Assembly: GCF_000025945.1 (NCBI RefSeq)
Contig: NC_006138.1
Location: forward strand, 720,001 to 752,000
Length of the DNA: 32,000 nt
From: Desulfotalea psychrophila LSv54
Lineage (GTDB): Bacteria > Desulfobacterota > Desulfobulbia > Desulfobulbales > Desulfocapsaceae
Reading direction: 5' to 3'
Part shown: positions 10,236-19,841 of the stretch, in pieces
Position numbering within the stretch: the stretch's first letter is position 1
Layout of the letters: each line of letters opens with the position of its first letter
Position numbers and translations under genes: made by a program
Notes under the pieces: model-generated
Databases searched by the model: none
What the model saw: only the letters and a program-made list of their open reading frames with translations
Told to the model about the DNA's origin: nothing

Positions 10236-10687
10236 ACTATATATGATGGACCTTGCCTTTGGCTCGGCATCACGAGATCTCTAAGCGGTAATTCTCAGCC
10301 ATTATATCCTATCTGTTCTATATAACCCCCTATATTCGCAGGAGGGATAGAGGAAAAGTAGCAGGGCAGACACCAGGCTATCTCTTGCGGGAATCATTTG
10401 CCTATTGATTTTAAATAGCTACCATAAAAAGGGGGCCTAAATTCGCAGAGCAGGCCTCTATGCCTTTACTATTCCGGTGAGGAGTTATCGGTAAAGACCT
10501 GGGCGTATAGAAAAGTCGATAAAATATGGTCATAATTTACAGAACTGCCTTGCAGATAGAGGGGCTTATGGCTAGTGTATAATCTGTTTACTTATAAGAT
10601 ATTACTAACAAAGAGGTCACAATAGCGTTCCAGGCATCCACTGACATCTTTGCCCCTTACTGAAAATAACAAAAATAAAATAAATCT

Positions 10688-11605
10688 ATGTCATTTCCAG
10701 CCCTTATAGAAAAGGTACACCGCAGAGCTAATATTTTCTTTCCAAATGAGAGGTATACAGCTGAATTAATAGACGAAATGATAGATGTTGGTGATATATT
10801 TATTGAAGCCAAGGATATATTACCCTATCTGCATTCAGCCTTACTCGATGGGAAAATGGTTGAGGTGCAGTTGGATAATAATCCTCGGGTATTTTTCAGC
10901 CATCTTCACGATGATCCTCCTCCGCCCTTGGAACAAGAGGAACAAGAGGAACAAGAGGAACAAGAGGAGGCTGCTTATAAGGAGAACAGCTATCTTGAGA
11001 ATCTCTCTCATGTCATCATGTTTCCCGTAGAGCCTGGTATGGGGAACTATGCCCTGCGTTACAGCCGTTATGTTATTCTTCGTTTTTTTGTTTCGTTTTA
11101 TGCTGTTGAGGTTGCAGCAGAGTTTCAGGAGGTTGTCTATCAGGATGGAGTTCCTCTGTTTCGTCTGGGTTTTCCCTCCATAGGGCGTATTGTTCGCAAG
11201 GCCCGGGAATTTCGAGCTAAGGTAGCAAAAAAAATGGAGTTGATGTTGGTTGTTCAGGCAAGCAGTAAGCGCCCAACAATAGAAACCCGTATTATTGATA
11301 TCAGTGCCGGGGGTGTTAGTTTTTTTCTTTCCCGTCTAGAACAGAAAAGGATCAAAGTTGATGATGTGTTGCGACTAAAGGTCTATCTGGATCAGAAATT
11401 ATTGCTCAGCATAGGGGGGAGGGTGAGACATCTCTCCAAGATAAGAACCGGCAGTGGGGTGGAGTTCATCTGTGGCTTTCAGTTTGATTTAGCAAATAGA
11501 ACAGTTGCAAGCTCTGTTGAAGCGCTGGTTGCTCAGGTGCAGCGTGTTCATCTACATGAACTGGCAGATAAATCTGCCGAGTATGGGTTTTCTGTCCTGG
11601 CCTAG
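10688..11605 (+). CDS. PilZ domain protein (putative c-di-GMP effector)
   Basis: C-terminal DISAGGVSFFL and later hydrophobic beta pattern typical of PilZ; N-terminal region YcgR-like. Confidence 0.7.
   Translation: MSFPALIEKVHRRANIFFPNERYTAELIDEMIDVGDIFIEAKDILPYLHSALLDGKMVEVQLDNNPRVFFSHLHDDPPPPLEQEEQEEQEEQEEAAYKENSYLENLSHVIMFPVEPGMGNYALRYSRYVILRFFVSFYAVEVAAEFQEVVYQDGVPLFRLGFPSIGRIVRKAREFRAKVAKKMELMLVVQASSKRPTIETRIIDISAGGVSFFLSRLEQKRIKVDDVLRLKVYLDQKLLLSIGGRVRHLSKIRTGSGVEFICGFQFDLANRTVASSVEALVAQVQRVHLHELADKSAEYGFSVLA
10931..10966 (+). repeat. Four perfect copies of 9-bp tandem repeat GAACAAGAG inside the PilZ gene
   Basis: gaacaagag x4 read directly; encodes the EQE/EEQ acidic linker. Confidence 0.95.
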
Positions 11606-12290
11606 GAATCTGTCGGTTTTGTGGCAGCAGATTTGGCAGGTAATCGCTGTTGCATTGTCTGTCCGGTACTTGGAGGAAACTCCGGGCATTTATGTTCTTG
11701 AGCGGCCGGGAACATGCTATCCAGATATTTATTGTGCTTTATTCTGCTTGTAGCCACATAGCTAGTTATACCAACTCGATCAAGAAGCTCATAGTTAGGC
11801 TCACTAAAATAACAGGTATCTGCAGGTAACACCGATATTTTTTTCTAAAGCGATGTAATTCCTCAATTGCTAGCCCGCTTGGAAGCGGTGCTGTGGGTGG
11901 TTTTTCTGGCGGTTTACTCCCTGTTTATTCTCTTTTTATTTTCGTCTTACCAATTTTTCTGCATACGCCTTTTGCTCTTTAACATGGCTGGCAGATGCAC
12001 GAGCCTCTATCTCTATTTTAGCTTATCTGATTTTTTCAAGACGATCCTCGCGTCTGGCAATCTGCTGTTGTCACTCTCTTCTGTTTTATTCAGCAATATT
12101 TCAATTTTTGTTTGTAACTGCTTTTCAAGTTGACAGGCTCGCCCATAACTAAGAGCCCTATCTTTTGAAGCATTAGATTTGACCTTGCTTCCATCAAGGC
12201 TGACACCATCAAAGCGAAGAACTTCCATTTCATGAGCTATATAAATAATCAGGACAAAAAAAAATTTGTAAATGAGGGAGAGAGGGATGT
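11602..12290 (-). pseudogene. Decayed IS1182-like family transposase (fragment, several frame breaks)
   Basis: Reverse-strand pieces in order: HEMEVLRFDGVSLDGSKVKSNASKDRALSYGRACQLEKQLQTKIEILLNKTEE..., RASASHVKEQKAYAEK, LPADTCYFSEPNYELLDRVGITSYVATSRIKH; separated by stops/frameshifts. Confidence 0.75.
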
Positions 12291-12848
12291 CTGCAGGAGG
12301 CTATAGTGTCGTGCCGGGATGACAGTTGCCCGTGATATATCGAAAATCAACAGAGTCATAAGTGACTTTTACAATTTTACAATGGCAAAACATTCCTGTC
12401 GCATATCCGTAGAACAAAAGAAGGGCTGTCGTCATTTCTTGGTTATATATTTTACTGTTTTGACCGATATATTAATTCTTAATTGCAGAAAGAGTCAATG
12501 GTCAGGCAGGAGTGCTGAGGAACCAAATTCATTGTTGAGAATTTTGCTGGCCTGTCCGCCTGGCCTGCCTGAAGTAGGGCATTGCCCTTTCCAAGTAGAG
12601 ATCTTTCGGTCATTTTCTGCTGTCTTCTTTGGGAGAAGATATTAATATTGAGTACTTTTTTTGCCTTCTTGCAAGATATTAAAACTCTAGGTACATATAT
12701 ATTGTAAACTTTGTTGTAATGAAATTTTTTTATGGCGAGGCGCTGTTGAAGGAAAGTATCTTTATGGCAGAACTTTTTAATTTTAAATATAGATTAAGAC
12801 CTTGCGCGATGTCTATAGACTCTACAGGGGCAGACAAGAGAGGGACTT

Positions 12849-13616
12849 TTGAATAAAAATGCTATGCAATTAAATAGTTATAGGGCTGAGCCATTTCAGT
12901 TTCGGGCACGTCGTCATACCATGATGGTTTTGTATCTGCTTGAGCCAGATCATCCTGATTTTATAGAAATGTTACAAAACAAGATTGAGCGAGCAAGGAA
13001 TTTTTTTGATCATGCTCCGGTCATTGTTGATTTAGGTGGATTTGTTGGTAAAGAGATATCGGTAACGATCAAAGAAATTTTTATATTACTTCGACGTGCC
13101 GGTTTGATCCCCTTGGGGGTTCAAGGTGGAGATGCTCAGCTGCAGGGGGAGGCGGCAGGTTTTTCTATTCCTGTTGTTCCTGAGCTAGGAAGAAGGTGCG
13201 ATGGGCAGGCTCTGACTGAGATTCTCCTGCAACCACCTGAGATAGCTGATTCGGTGGTAGAGGATGTTGCGCCCCTGGAGGCTGTATCTCCAACAACCCT
13301 GTTGATAACGAGCCCTATTCGTTCCGGACAAAGAGTATATGCCGAAGGTGGAGACCTTATCTGCACAGCAACTGTTTCAGCTGGTGCTGAGGTCCTTGCC
13401 GATGGCAATGTTCATGTTTATGCCCCTCTGCGAGGCCGTGTTTATGCGGGGGTGAAGGGGGATATCAAGGCGGGTATTTTTTGTAAATCCCTTGAGGCGG
13501 AATTTGTTTCAATTGCTGGCAATTATAAGGTCAGTGATCAGTTTGATGAAAATATCCGTAAAAAGAGTGTGCATATTTTTTTGCAGAAAGAGAGACTATT
13601 ATTAAATATCCTGTGA
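12849..13616 (+). CDS. minC: Septum site-determining protein MinC
   Basis: C-terminal RSGQRVYAEGGDLICTATVSAGAEVLADGNVHVYAPLRGRVYAGVKGDIKAGIFCKSLEAEFVSIAG; followed by minD and minE. Confidence 0.95.
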   Translation: MNKNAMQLNSYRAEPFQFRARRHTMMVLYLLEPDHPDFIEMLQNKIERARNFFDHAPVIVDLGGFVGKEISVTIKEIFILLRRAGLIPLGVQGGDAQLQGEAAGFSIPVVPELGRRCDGQALTEILLQPPEIADSVVEDVAPLEAVSPTTLLITSPIRSGQRVYAEGGDLICTATVSAGAEVLADGNVHVYAPLRGRVYAGVKGDIKAGIFCKSLEAEFVSIAGNYKVSDQFDENIRKKSVHIFLQKERLLLNIL

Positions 13617-13660
13617 TCTTTTTATGAAGATGAAATGGGAGTTATAGAAGGAGAGGAGCA

Positions 13661-14476
13661 ATGGCTAAAATTATTACTGTGACATCGGGTAAGGGTGGTG
13701 TTGGCAAGACAACCTCCAGTGCGGCAATTGCCACGGGCCTGGCCTTGCTGGGCTATAGAACAGTTGTTGTTGATTTTGATGTAGGTTTGCGTAATCTCGA
13801 TCTGGTGATGGGCTGTGAGCGACGGGTGGTTTTTGACTTTATCAATGTCCTCCGGGGTGAGGCAACCATTAACCAGGCACTGATTAAGGACAGACAGGTA
13901 GATAATCTTTATATTTTTCCAACTTCTCAGACCAGGGATAAGGATGCCCTGGATAAGGAAGGGGTTGGACGTATATTCGAAGAGCTGAAAAAGGATTTTG
14001 ATTATATTATCTGTGATTCTCCGGCCGGTATTGAAAAGGGAGCCCTGCTTGCCCTGTATTACGCCGATGAGGCTATTATTGTAACCAACCCTGAAGTATC
14101 TTCGGTACGTGATTCAGACCGTATTTTAGGGGTGCTTGCCTCTCGTAGTTTGCGAGCAGAGCAGAATCTTGAGCCTGTAAAGCACCATCTGATTCTTGCC
14201 CGTTATGATGCCGTCAGGGTTCAAAGTGGCGAAATGCTTACCCTGGAAGATGTTCTTGATATTCTTGCTATTCCACTTATTGGCGTAGTTCCTGAATCAA
14301 AGGCTGTTTTGCGGGCATCTAATGTTGGCAGGCCTGTAATCCTTGACGGGGAAAGCGACGCGGGCCAAGCCTATGAAGATGCCGTTGCCCGTTTCCTTGG
14401 CGAAGAGCGATCAATGCGTTTTTTGACAACGCCCCCGAAAAATTTCTTTAACAGGTTATTTGGGGGGGACTCATGA
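13661..14476 (+). CDS. minD: Septum site-determining ATPase MinD
   Basis: MAKIITVTSGKGGVGKTTSSAAIATGLA deviant Walker A; C-terminal amphipathic segment GGDS-preceded FFNRLF. Confidence 0.97.
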   Translation: MAKIITVTSGKGGVGKTTSSAAIATGLALLGYRTVVVDFDVGLRNLDLVMGCERRVVFDFINVLRGEATINQALIKDRQVDNLYIFPTSQTRDKDALDKEGVGRIFEELKKDFDYIICDSPAGIEKGALLALYYADEAIIVTNPEVSSVRDSDRILGVLASRSLRAEQNLEPVKHHLILARYDAVRVQSGEMLTLEDVLDILAIPLIGVVPESKAVLRASNVGRPVILDGESDAGQAYEDAVARFLGEERSMRFLTTPPKNFFNRLFGGDS

Positions 14477-14727
14477 GCCTCTTTAGCTTTTTTAAAAATG
14501 AAGAGAAACCGTCTTCTGCGGCCAGAGCCAAGGAACGACTTCAGGTGGTTATAGCCCATGAACGCGGGGCTGTGGAAAGGCCGGATTATCTTCCCCAGTT
14601 ACAGAGAGATCTGTTGGAAGTAATTAAAAAATATGTTGATATTTCAGAGGACAAACTGGATATCAAGGTAGACTGTATTGGTGGACTATCAACCTTGGAG
14701 GTGAATGTGGAGCTGCCGGATAGTTAA
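14473..14727 (+). CDS. minE: Cell division topological specificity factor MinE
   Basis: MSLFSFFKNEEKPSSAARAKERLQVVIAHERG...LPQLQRDLLEVIKKYV; overlaps minD stop by 4 nt (ATGA). Confidence 0.95.
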   Translation: MSLFSFFKNEEKPSSAARAKERLQVVIAHERGAVERPDYLPQLQRDLLEVIKKYVDISEDKLDIKVDCIGGLSTLEVNVELPDS

Positions 14728-14765
14728 TGTTAGTATGGCTGTTTCCCAGGTGTGATGACAGGGCA

Positions 14766-15962
14766 TCACATCTCATGCTTGTCCCCTGGCAGGGTTTTAT
14801 TTAAGAGCAGATAGCCAAGCAGTCCGGAGAAAAGTGAACCCATAATAATTCCCAGTCGTTCATCAAATATGAGTCCTGTGATAGCCTGATCAAAGGCCAG
14901 GGAACCCACGAAGAGACTCATGGTGAATCCTATTCCTGCCAGAGCTGACATGCCTGTAACCGTAGACCAGTTAAGATCAACGGGGAGTTTGGTGAGGCGG
15001 AGTTGCACCCCCACCCAGAGAAAAGAAATAATTCCCAGGGGTTTACCTATAAAGAGACCCAGGGCAATACCCATTGGCACGGCATGGGTGAAAAAATCCA
15101 TGCTTATATTGGTGAGGTTGATGCCTGAATTTGCAAAGGCAAAAATGGGTAGAATAATGAAGGTTGCGGTGCCTTGCAGGTCGTGTTCAAGGTTTTTCAG
15201 AGGCGACTGCCCAGGGTGTTTCCGAGAATACATGGGGATGAACATGGCAAGGATTACGCCAGCAAGGGTTGCGTGTACACCTGATTTGAGCATGGCAATC
15301 CACATGATTGAGCCGATGAATATATAAACAGTGGTGCGCTCCACCTTGCATCTGTTGACAATAAAGAGGATGAGCATACAGAGAAGGGCGATCAGGAGGC
15401 CGGGAAGATAGATATCATTGGTGTAAAAACAGGCAATGATAAGAATGGCTCCAATATCATCAAAGATGGCAAGCGTGGTAAGTAGTATCTTGAGGCTTGT
15501 GGGCACCCGTGAACCAAGAAGAGAGAGGATACCAAGGGCAAAGGCGATATCTGTGGCGGCAGGAATGGCCCAGCCCCTTAGGGCAACGGGATCCTGATAG
15601 TTGAAGGCAAGGTAGATACAGGAGGGTACCACCATTCCTCCCAGGGCACCGATGGCCGGGAGAATAATATTACTCCGCTGGGAGAGACCTCCTTCAAATA
15701 TCTCTCTTTTAAGTTCTAAACCCACCAGAAAAAAGAAACCTGCCATGAGTCCATCGTTTATCCATAGCAGAAGTGGCTTGGCAATTTCCAGTGGCCCGAA
15801 GCGTACCTCCACCGGAGTGGTGATCAGCATACTGTAGAGGTAGTGGCCTGGGGAGTTTGCCATGATAAGGGCAAGAGCGGTTGCAAGCATAAGAAGTATG
15901 CCGCCTATGGAGTTGCTCTTTAATAGAGCGAAGACGGATTTTTTTTCTTTTTGTGTTCCCAT
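14766..15962 (-). CDS. nhaA: Na+/H+ antiporter NhaA
   Basis: MANSPGHYLY, GLMAGFFFLVGLELKRE, AIPAATDIAFALGILSLLGSRVP, AIIDD-like FDDIGAILIIACFY, AGIGFTMSLFVGSLAF. ATG at 15962 with AGGA upstream preferred to listed start 16100. Confidence 0.95.
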   Translation of the reverse strand: MGTQKEKKSVFALLKSNSIGGILLMLATALALIMANSPGHYLYSMLITTPVEVRFGPLEIAKPLLLWINDGLMAGFFFLVGLELKREIFEGGLSQRSNIILPAIGALGGMVVPSCIYLAFNYQDPVALRGWAIPAATDIAFALGILSLLGSRVPTSLKILLTTLAIFDDIGAILIIACFYTNDIYLPGLLIALLCMLILFIVNRCKVERTTVYIFIGSIMWIAMLKSGVHATLAGVILAMFIPMYSRKHPGQSPLKNLEHDLQGTATFIILPIFAFANSGINLTNISMDFFTHAVPMGIALGLFIGKPLGIISFLWVGVQLRLTKLPVDLNWSTVTGMSALAGIGFTMSLFVGSLAFDQAITGLIFDERLGIIMGSLFSGLLGYLLLNKTLPGDKHEM

Positions 15963-16139
15963 GGTGTCCTGTTGGCGGAGTTTAAATAAGGGAGGAATCC
16001 TTCCTTGCTTTTTTTCTGTCTCTCTTGTAGACGCTTGAGAGAAGGGAAGAAGATTAATCCCTTTTAATGAAAACTTATCGTAGGTAAAATTAAAAAGCAA
16101 GAAATTGACGGAGCTTATCCGTCTAGCGGAGATTATATT

Positions 16140-16508
16140 ATGATGATAAATAGAGGCGCAGTTTTATTACGATATAAGCAACCTATGGTTGATTGGGTAA
16201 ACAGCACTCACCCTGCAGATGAAGAGCAGGAGGTTTTAACCATGGCGGCTCTTAATGCCGACAGAACTATTTTCCTGGTTGACGATCGCGATGTTGAGGA
16301 GCTCGATCAGTGGCTTGCCCTGAATTTCGTTCAGCTTTTTGAGACTGAGCTTGAGGATTGGTCTGAGGATCAGAAATTGTGGCCAGCACCTCTTGATATG
16401 GAGACATTTTTGAACTGGTTTGAGGTGGAGTGTCATGGCCTTATTATTGATACTGTTGGTGCCCCAATTGTTGCCATGGACGAGTTCATGGATGATGTAG
16501 CCGAGTAA
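16140..16508 (+). CDS. Small acidic conserved-looking hypothetical protein
   Basis: 122-aa ORF closely preceding the EamA transporter gene on the same strand; no recognised family. Confidence 0.6.
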   Translation: MMINRGAVLLRYKQPMVDWVNSTHPADEEQEVLTMAALNADRTIFLVDDRDVEELDQWLALNFVQLFETELEDWSEDQKLWPAPLDMETFLNWFEVECHGLIIDTVGAPIVAMDEFMDDVAE

Positions 16509-16529
16509 TATCTGTAAGAAGAGAGAAAG

Positions 16530-17426
16530 ATGAGCCGTTTGCAAGCTAATTTACTCCTGAGCCTTGCTGCTCTGATTTGGGGAAGTAGTTTTGTTGTTCA
16601 GCAGATAGGTACGGGGAATTTGGATGCCGCCTCTTTTACGGGAGCTCGCTTTTTGCTTGGCTCCCTGGTGGTTCTGCCCTTTGCCCTTAGGCAATTTTTG
16701 CATGTTCAAAGGGAGGTCAGGGCCTTTACGTTGAGGGACGGGTTGGGAATTGCCCTTACCGGGTCTGTCCTCTGTGTTGCTGCCGCCCTGCAGCAGTACG
16801 GTATTCTTCGTACCACGGTGACAAATTCAGGTTTTTTAACGGCCCTATACGTACCCATGGTGCCTATTTTGGCCCTATTGGTTTTTCGTAAAAAACCTCA
16901 TTGGTCTGCCTGGCCAGCCTCCATATGTTGTTTTGTGGGTACCTATATTATGAGCGGAGCTCAGAATGTGGTGCTTGCCAGCGGCGATTTGTGGGTAATT
17001 TCCAGTACCATCTTTTGGGCCAGTCATGTGCTTCTTATTGGTATTATGGTGCAAAAAACTGAGGCACCTCTGGTTGTGGCCTGCGGGCAATTTTTTATCT
17101 GTGGAATTTTAGGCCTTTTTTTGGGACAATATTTAGAGTCTCCAGATCTGAATGTCTTTGCCGGAGCCTTAACGGGGATACTCTGTATGGGCTTTTTTTC
17201 TGTTGCCCTTGCCTTTACCTTTCAGGTTATTGGTCAACGCTATACTCCGGCCCCGGATGCGGCTATTATTTTAAGTTCGGAGACGGTCTTTGCCGCCCTC
17301 TGTGGCGCAATTTTTCTTGGTGAGCGGGTCTCGGATTTTCAGCTCGCCGGTGGTCTGTTGATTTTTGGGGGGATTATTGCTGTTGAGATTCTGCCAATGT
17401 TGAAAACAGCCAGGATTTTGTCGTAA
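16530..17426 (+). CDS. EamA/DMT family transporter
   Basis: Ten-TM type hydrophobicity; LIWGSSFVVQQIG N-terminal and duplicated ALFLGERVSDFQLAGGLLIFGGI motif. Confidence 0.9.
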   Translation: MSRLQANLLLSLAALIWGSSFVVQQIGTGNLDAASFTGARFLLGSLVVLPFALRQFLHVQREVRAFTLRDGLGIALTGSVLCVAAALQQYGILRTTVTNSGFLTALYVPMVPILALLVFRKKPHWSAWPASICCFVGTYIMSGAQNVVLASGDLWVISSTIFWASHVLLIGIMVQKTEAPLVVACGQFFICGILGLFLGQYLESPDLNVFAGALTGILCMGFFSVALAFTFQVIGQRYTPAPDAAIILSSETVFAALCGAIFLGERVSDFQLAGGLLIFGGIIAVEILPMLKTARILS

Positions 17427-17621
17427 AATTGGGGATAAAACTGCTTTACAGATGAAAAAAAGAAGGAAACTTCTTGCAATGTCATTTGAAAATAGGTAAC
17501 AAAGCGCATACAAAAACGTAGATGTTTTGCCAAGTGCGCTAAATGTCGTTGTTTGGAGGTGTTTTTTGGCCATTGACAATACGTTGTAAATAATAGAACT
17601 ATTTTCCTTTAGGAGGTTGTT

Positions 17622-18248
17622 ATGTCCCTGCATATTGCAGATCATCCTCTGGTAAAGCATAAGCTTGGTCTTATGCGCCAAAATGATATTTCCACAAAAG
17701 ATTTTCGTGCTCTAGCCTCTGAGATTGCCAGGCTTTTGACTTATGAAGCTGTGAAGGATCTTCCCACCGAAAAACATATTGTTGACGGTTGGGCCGGTCC
17801 CGTTGAAGTCGATAGACTGAAGGGTAAAAAGATTACCATTGTACCGATTCTTCGTGCCGGACTTGGTATGATGGACGGTGTTATTGATCTCATCCCTTCT
17901 GCAAAGGTTACTGTTGTAGGCTTCTATCGGGATGAAGAGACTCTTGAGCCCGTTGAGTACTATGTGAAAACAGCCAGTGAGATGAGTGAGCGCGTTGCCC
18001 TCATTATTGATCCTATGCTTGCAACTGGTGGAACCCTTATTGCAACCATTGACACCCTTAAGAAGGCTGGTAGCAAGAAGATCAAGGGACTTTTCCTGGT
18101 AGCTGCCCCTGAGGGTATCAAAAAGGTTCAAGATGCCCATCCAGATGTAGAGATCTATGTGGCTGCGGTTGATGAACGGCTTAATGAGGCAGGTTACATC
18201 CTGCCTGGCCTCGGTGATGCCGGGGATAAGATATTTGGTACCAGATAG
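17622..18248 (+). CDS. upp: Uracil phosphoribosyltransferase
   Basis: [29 protein letters not shown]..., [31 protein letters not shown]; SD AGGAGG at 17611 region. Confidence 0.97.
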   Translation: MSLHIADHPLVKHKLGLMRQNDISTKDFRALASEIARLLTYEAVKDLPTEKHIVDGWAGPVEVDRLKGKKITIVPILRAGLGMMDGVIDLIPSAKVTVVGFYRDEETLEPVEYYVKTASEMSERVALIIDPMLATGGTLIATIDTLKKAGSKKIKGLFLVAAPEGIKKVQDAHPDVEIYVAAVDERLNEAGYILPGLGDAGDKIFGTR

Positions 18249-18392
18249 TTTGTTTGGTCATTGCCGAAAGGCAATGACCATTTTTTTTGTGCATTTATTA
18301 GGTGGAGAAGGACATGTGCTGTTCTTCCTTTTTTTTAAGAGTCCTGGCATCTTGCTGCGACTCTGTTTTTATGTAAGGTAGGAGTGGTTCAT

Positions 18393-19711
18393 ATGGATGG
18401 AAAAAATTCTCTTGATTATAACTTTCGCTTTCGCGATTGTTTTCTGGGGGCGCAGATGCTCTTTGTCGCCTTTGGTGCCCTGGTACTTGTGCCGATTTTA
18501 ACGGGACTTGATCCCAATGTATCACTTTTTACAGCGGGTATTGGTACCCTCGTCTTTCAGGTGATCACCAGGGGGAAAATTCCTGTATTTTTGGCATCTT
18601 CCTTCGCCTTTATTGCTCCTATTATATATGGGGTCCAAACCTGGGGGGTGGCGGGAACCATGTGTGGTCTTGCTGCTGCCGGTGTCTTTTATATTATTTT
18701 GAGCTTTTTCGTTCGTTATTTTGGTACAGGTATTGTGCATCGATTACTGCCTCCGGTGGTAACCGGTCCCGTTATCATGGTCATTGGTCTGGTGCTGGCC
18801 CCCGTGGCGGTCCATATGGCCACCGGCCGAACAGGTGATGGCTCTGCCTGGTTGGTGCCTTCGGATACCGCGGCTATCATTGCCGGTGTCTCTCTGGTGA
18901 CCACTATTTTGGTAACTCTCCTGGGTCGAGGCTGGTTAAAGCTTGTGCCCATCATGTGCGGTATAACCGCAGGCTATATTACCTGTCTTGTCCTTGATTT
19001 CAGCGGTTATACGTGCCACGTCATCAGGCCGCCTTTGATCCAGGCGTTTTGGCCAACTACACATCTTCTCAGCTTCTATCTTTAAAGCCGATCACCGATA
19101 GTGCCTGGTTTGCCATACCTCACTTCACCTTTCCCGAGTGGAACTGGAGTGCCGTGCTCTTTATTGTCCCTATTGCCATTGCCCCTGCTATTGAGCATTT
19201 TGGCGATGTACTGGCCATTCGCTCTGTTACCGGAAAGGACTATTTGGAAGAGCCCGGAATCCAAAATACCCTGCTCGGTGATGGAGTTGCCACCTCCATA
19301 GCCTCTTTTCTCGGTGGTCCCCCAAACACCACCTATTCCGAGGTGACGGGAGCGGTTGCCTTGACCAAGGCCTTTAACCCTGCAATTATGACCTGGACTG
19401 CCCTGACAGCAATTCTCTTCTCCTTTGTGGGTAAGATCGGTGCCTTTCTTGCCACTATTCCAACTCCTGTCATGGGTGGAATTATGATTCTGCTTTTTGG
19501 TATGATTACCGTAATCGGTATTAATACCTTGGTGAAGGCAGGCTCTGACCTTAGTCGTCCCCGTAACCTTGTTATTGTCTCTGTTATTTTGGTATGTGGT
19601 ATTGGTGGGATGAAGTTTACTGCCGGTGCGCTTGCCATTGAGAAGATTGGTCTTGCCGGTATACTTGGCGTGCTCCTCAATCTTATTTTGCCAGCAGAGC
19701 GTGAGGAATAG
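18393..19711 (+). pseudogene. uraA: Uracil/xanthine permease (UraA/NCS2 family) interrupted by a frameshift near 19008-19013
   Basis: ORF 18384..19085 (DCFLGAQMLFVAFGALVLVPILTGL...GYITCLVLDFSGYT) continues in another frame as ORF 19013..19711 (VPRHQAAFDPGVL...GVATSIASFLGGPPNTTYSEVTGAVALTK...); directly downstream of upp. Confidence 0.85.
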
Positions 19712-19841
19712 AGCTTTACTCGACATAAGAGCATAAATTGTATTGAAAAATAGGCACATTTAGGGTTCTTTTGGGGCTCTTGGTGACAGTTTTTTACTAT
19801 TGTGTGGTGTCTGGAAAAGACATCACTTTTTTGGAGACATT

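Noticed and set aside
19007-19013. Programmed ribosomal frameshifting in the uracil permease
   Set aside because: No slippery heptamer or evident downstream pseudoknot, and both products are parts of one transporter. Mutation or sequencing error is simpler.
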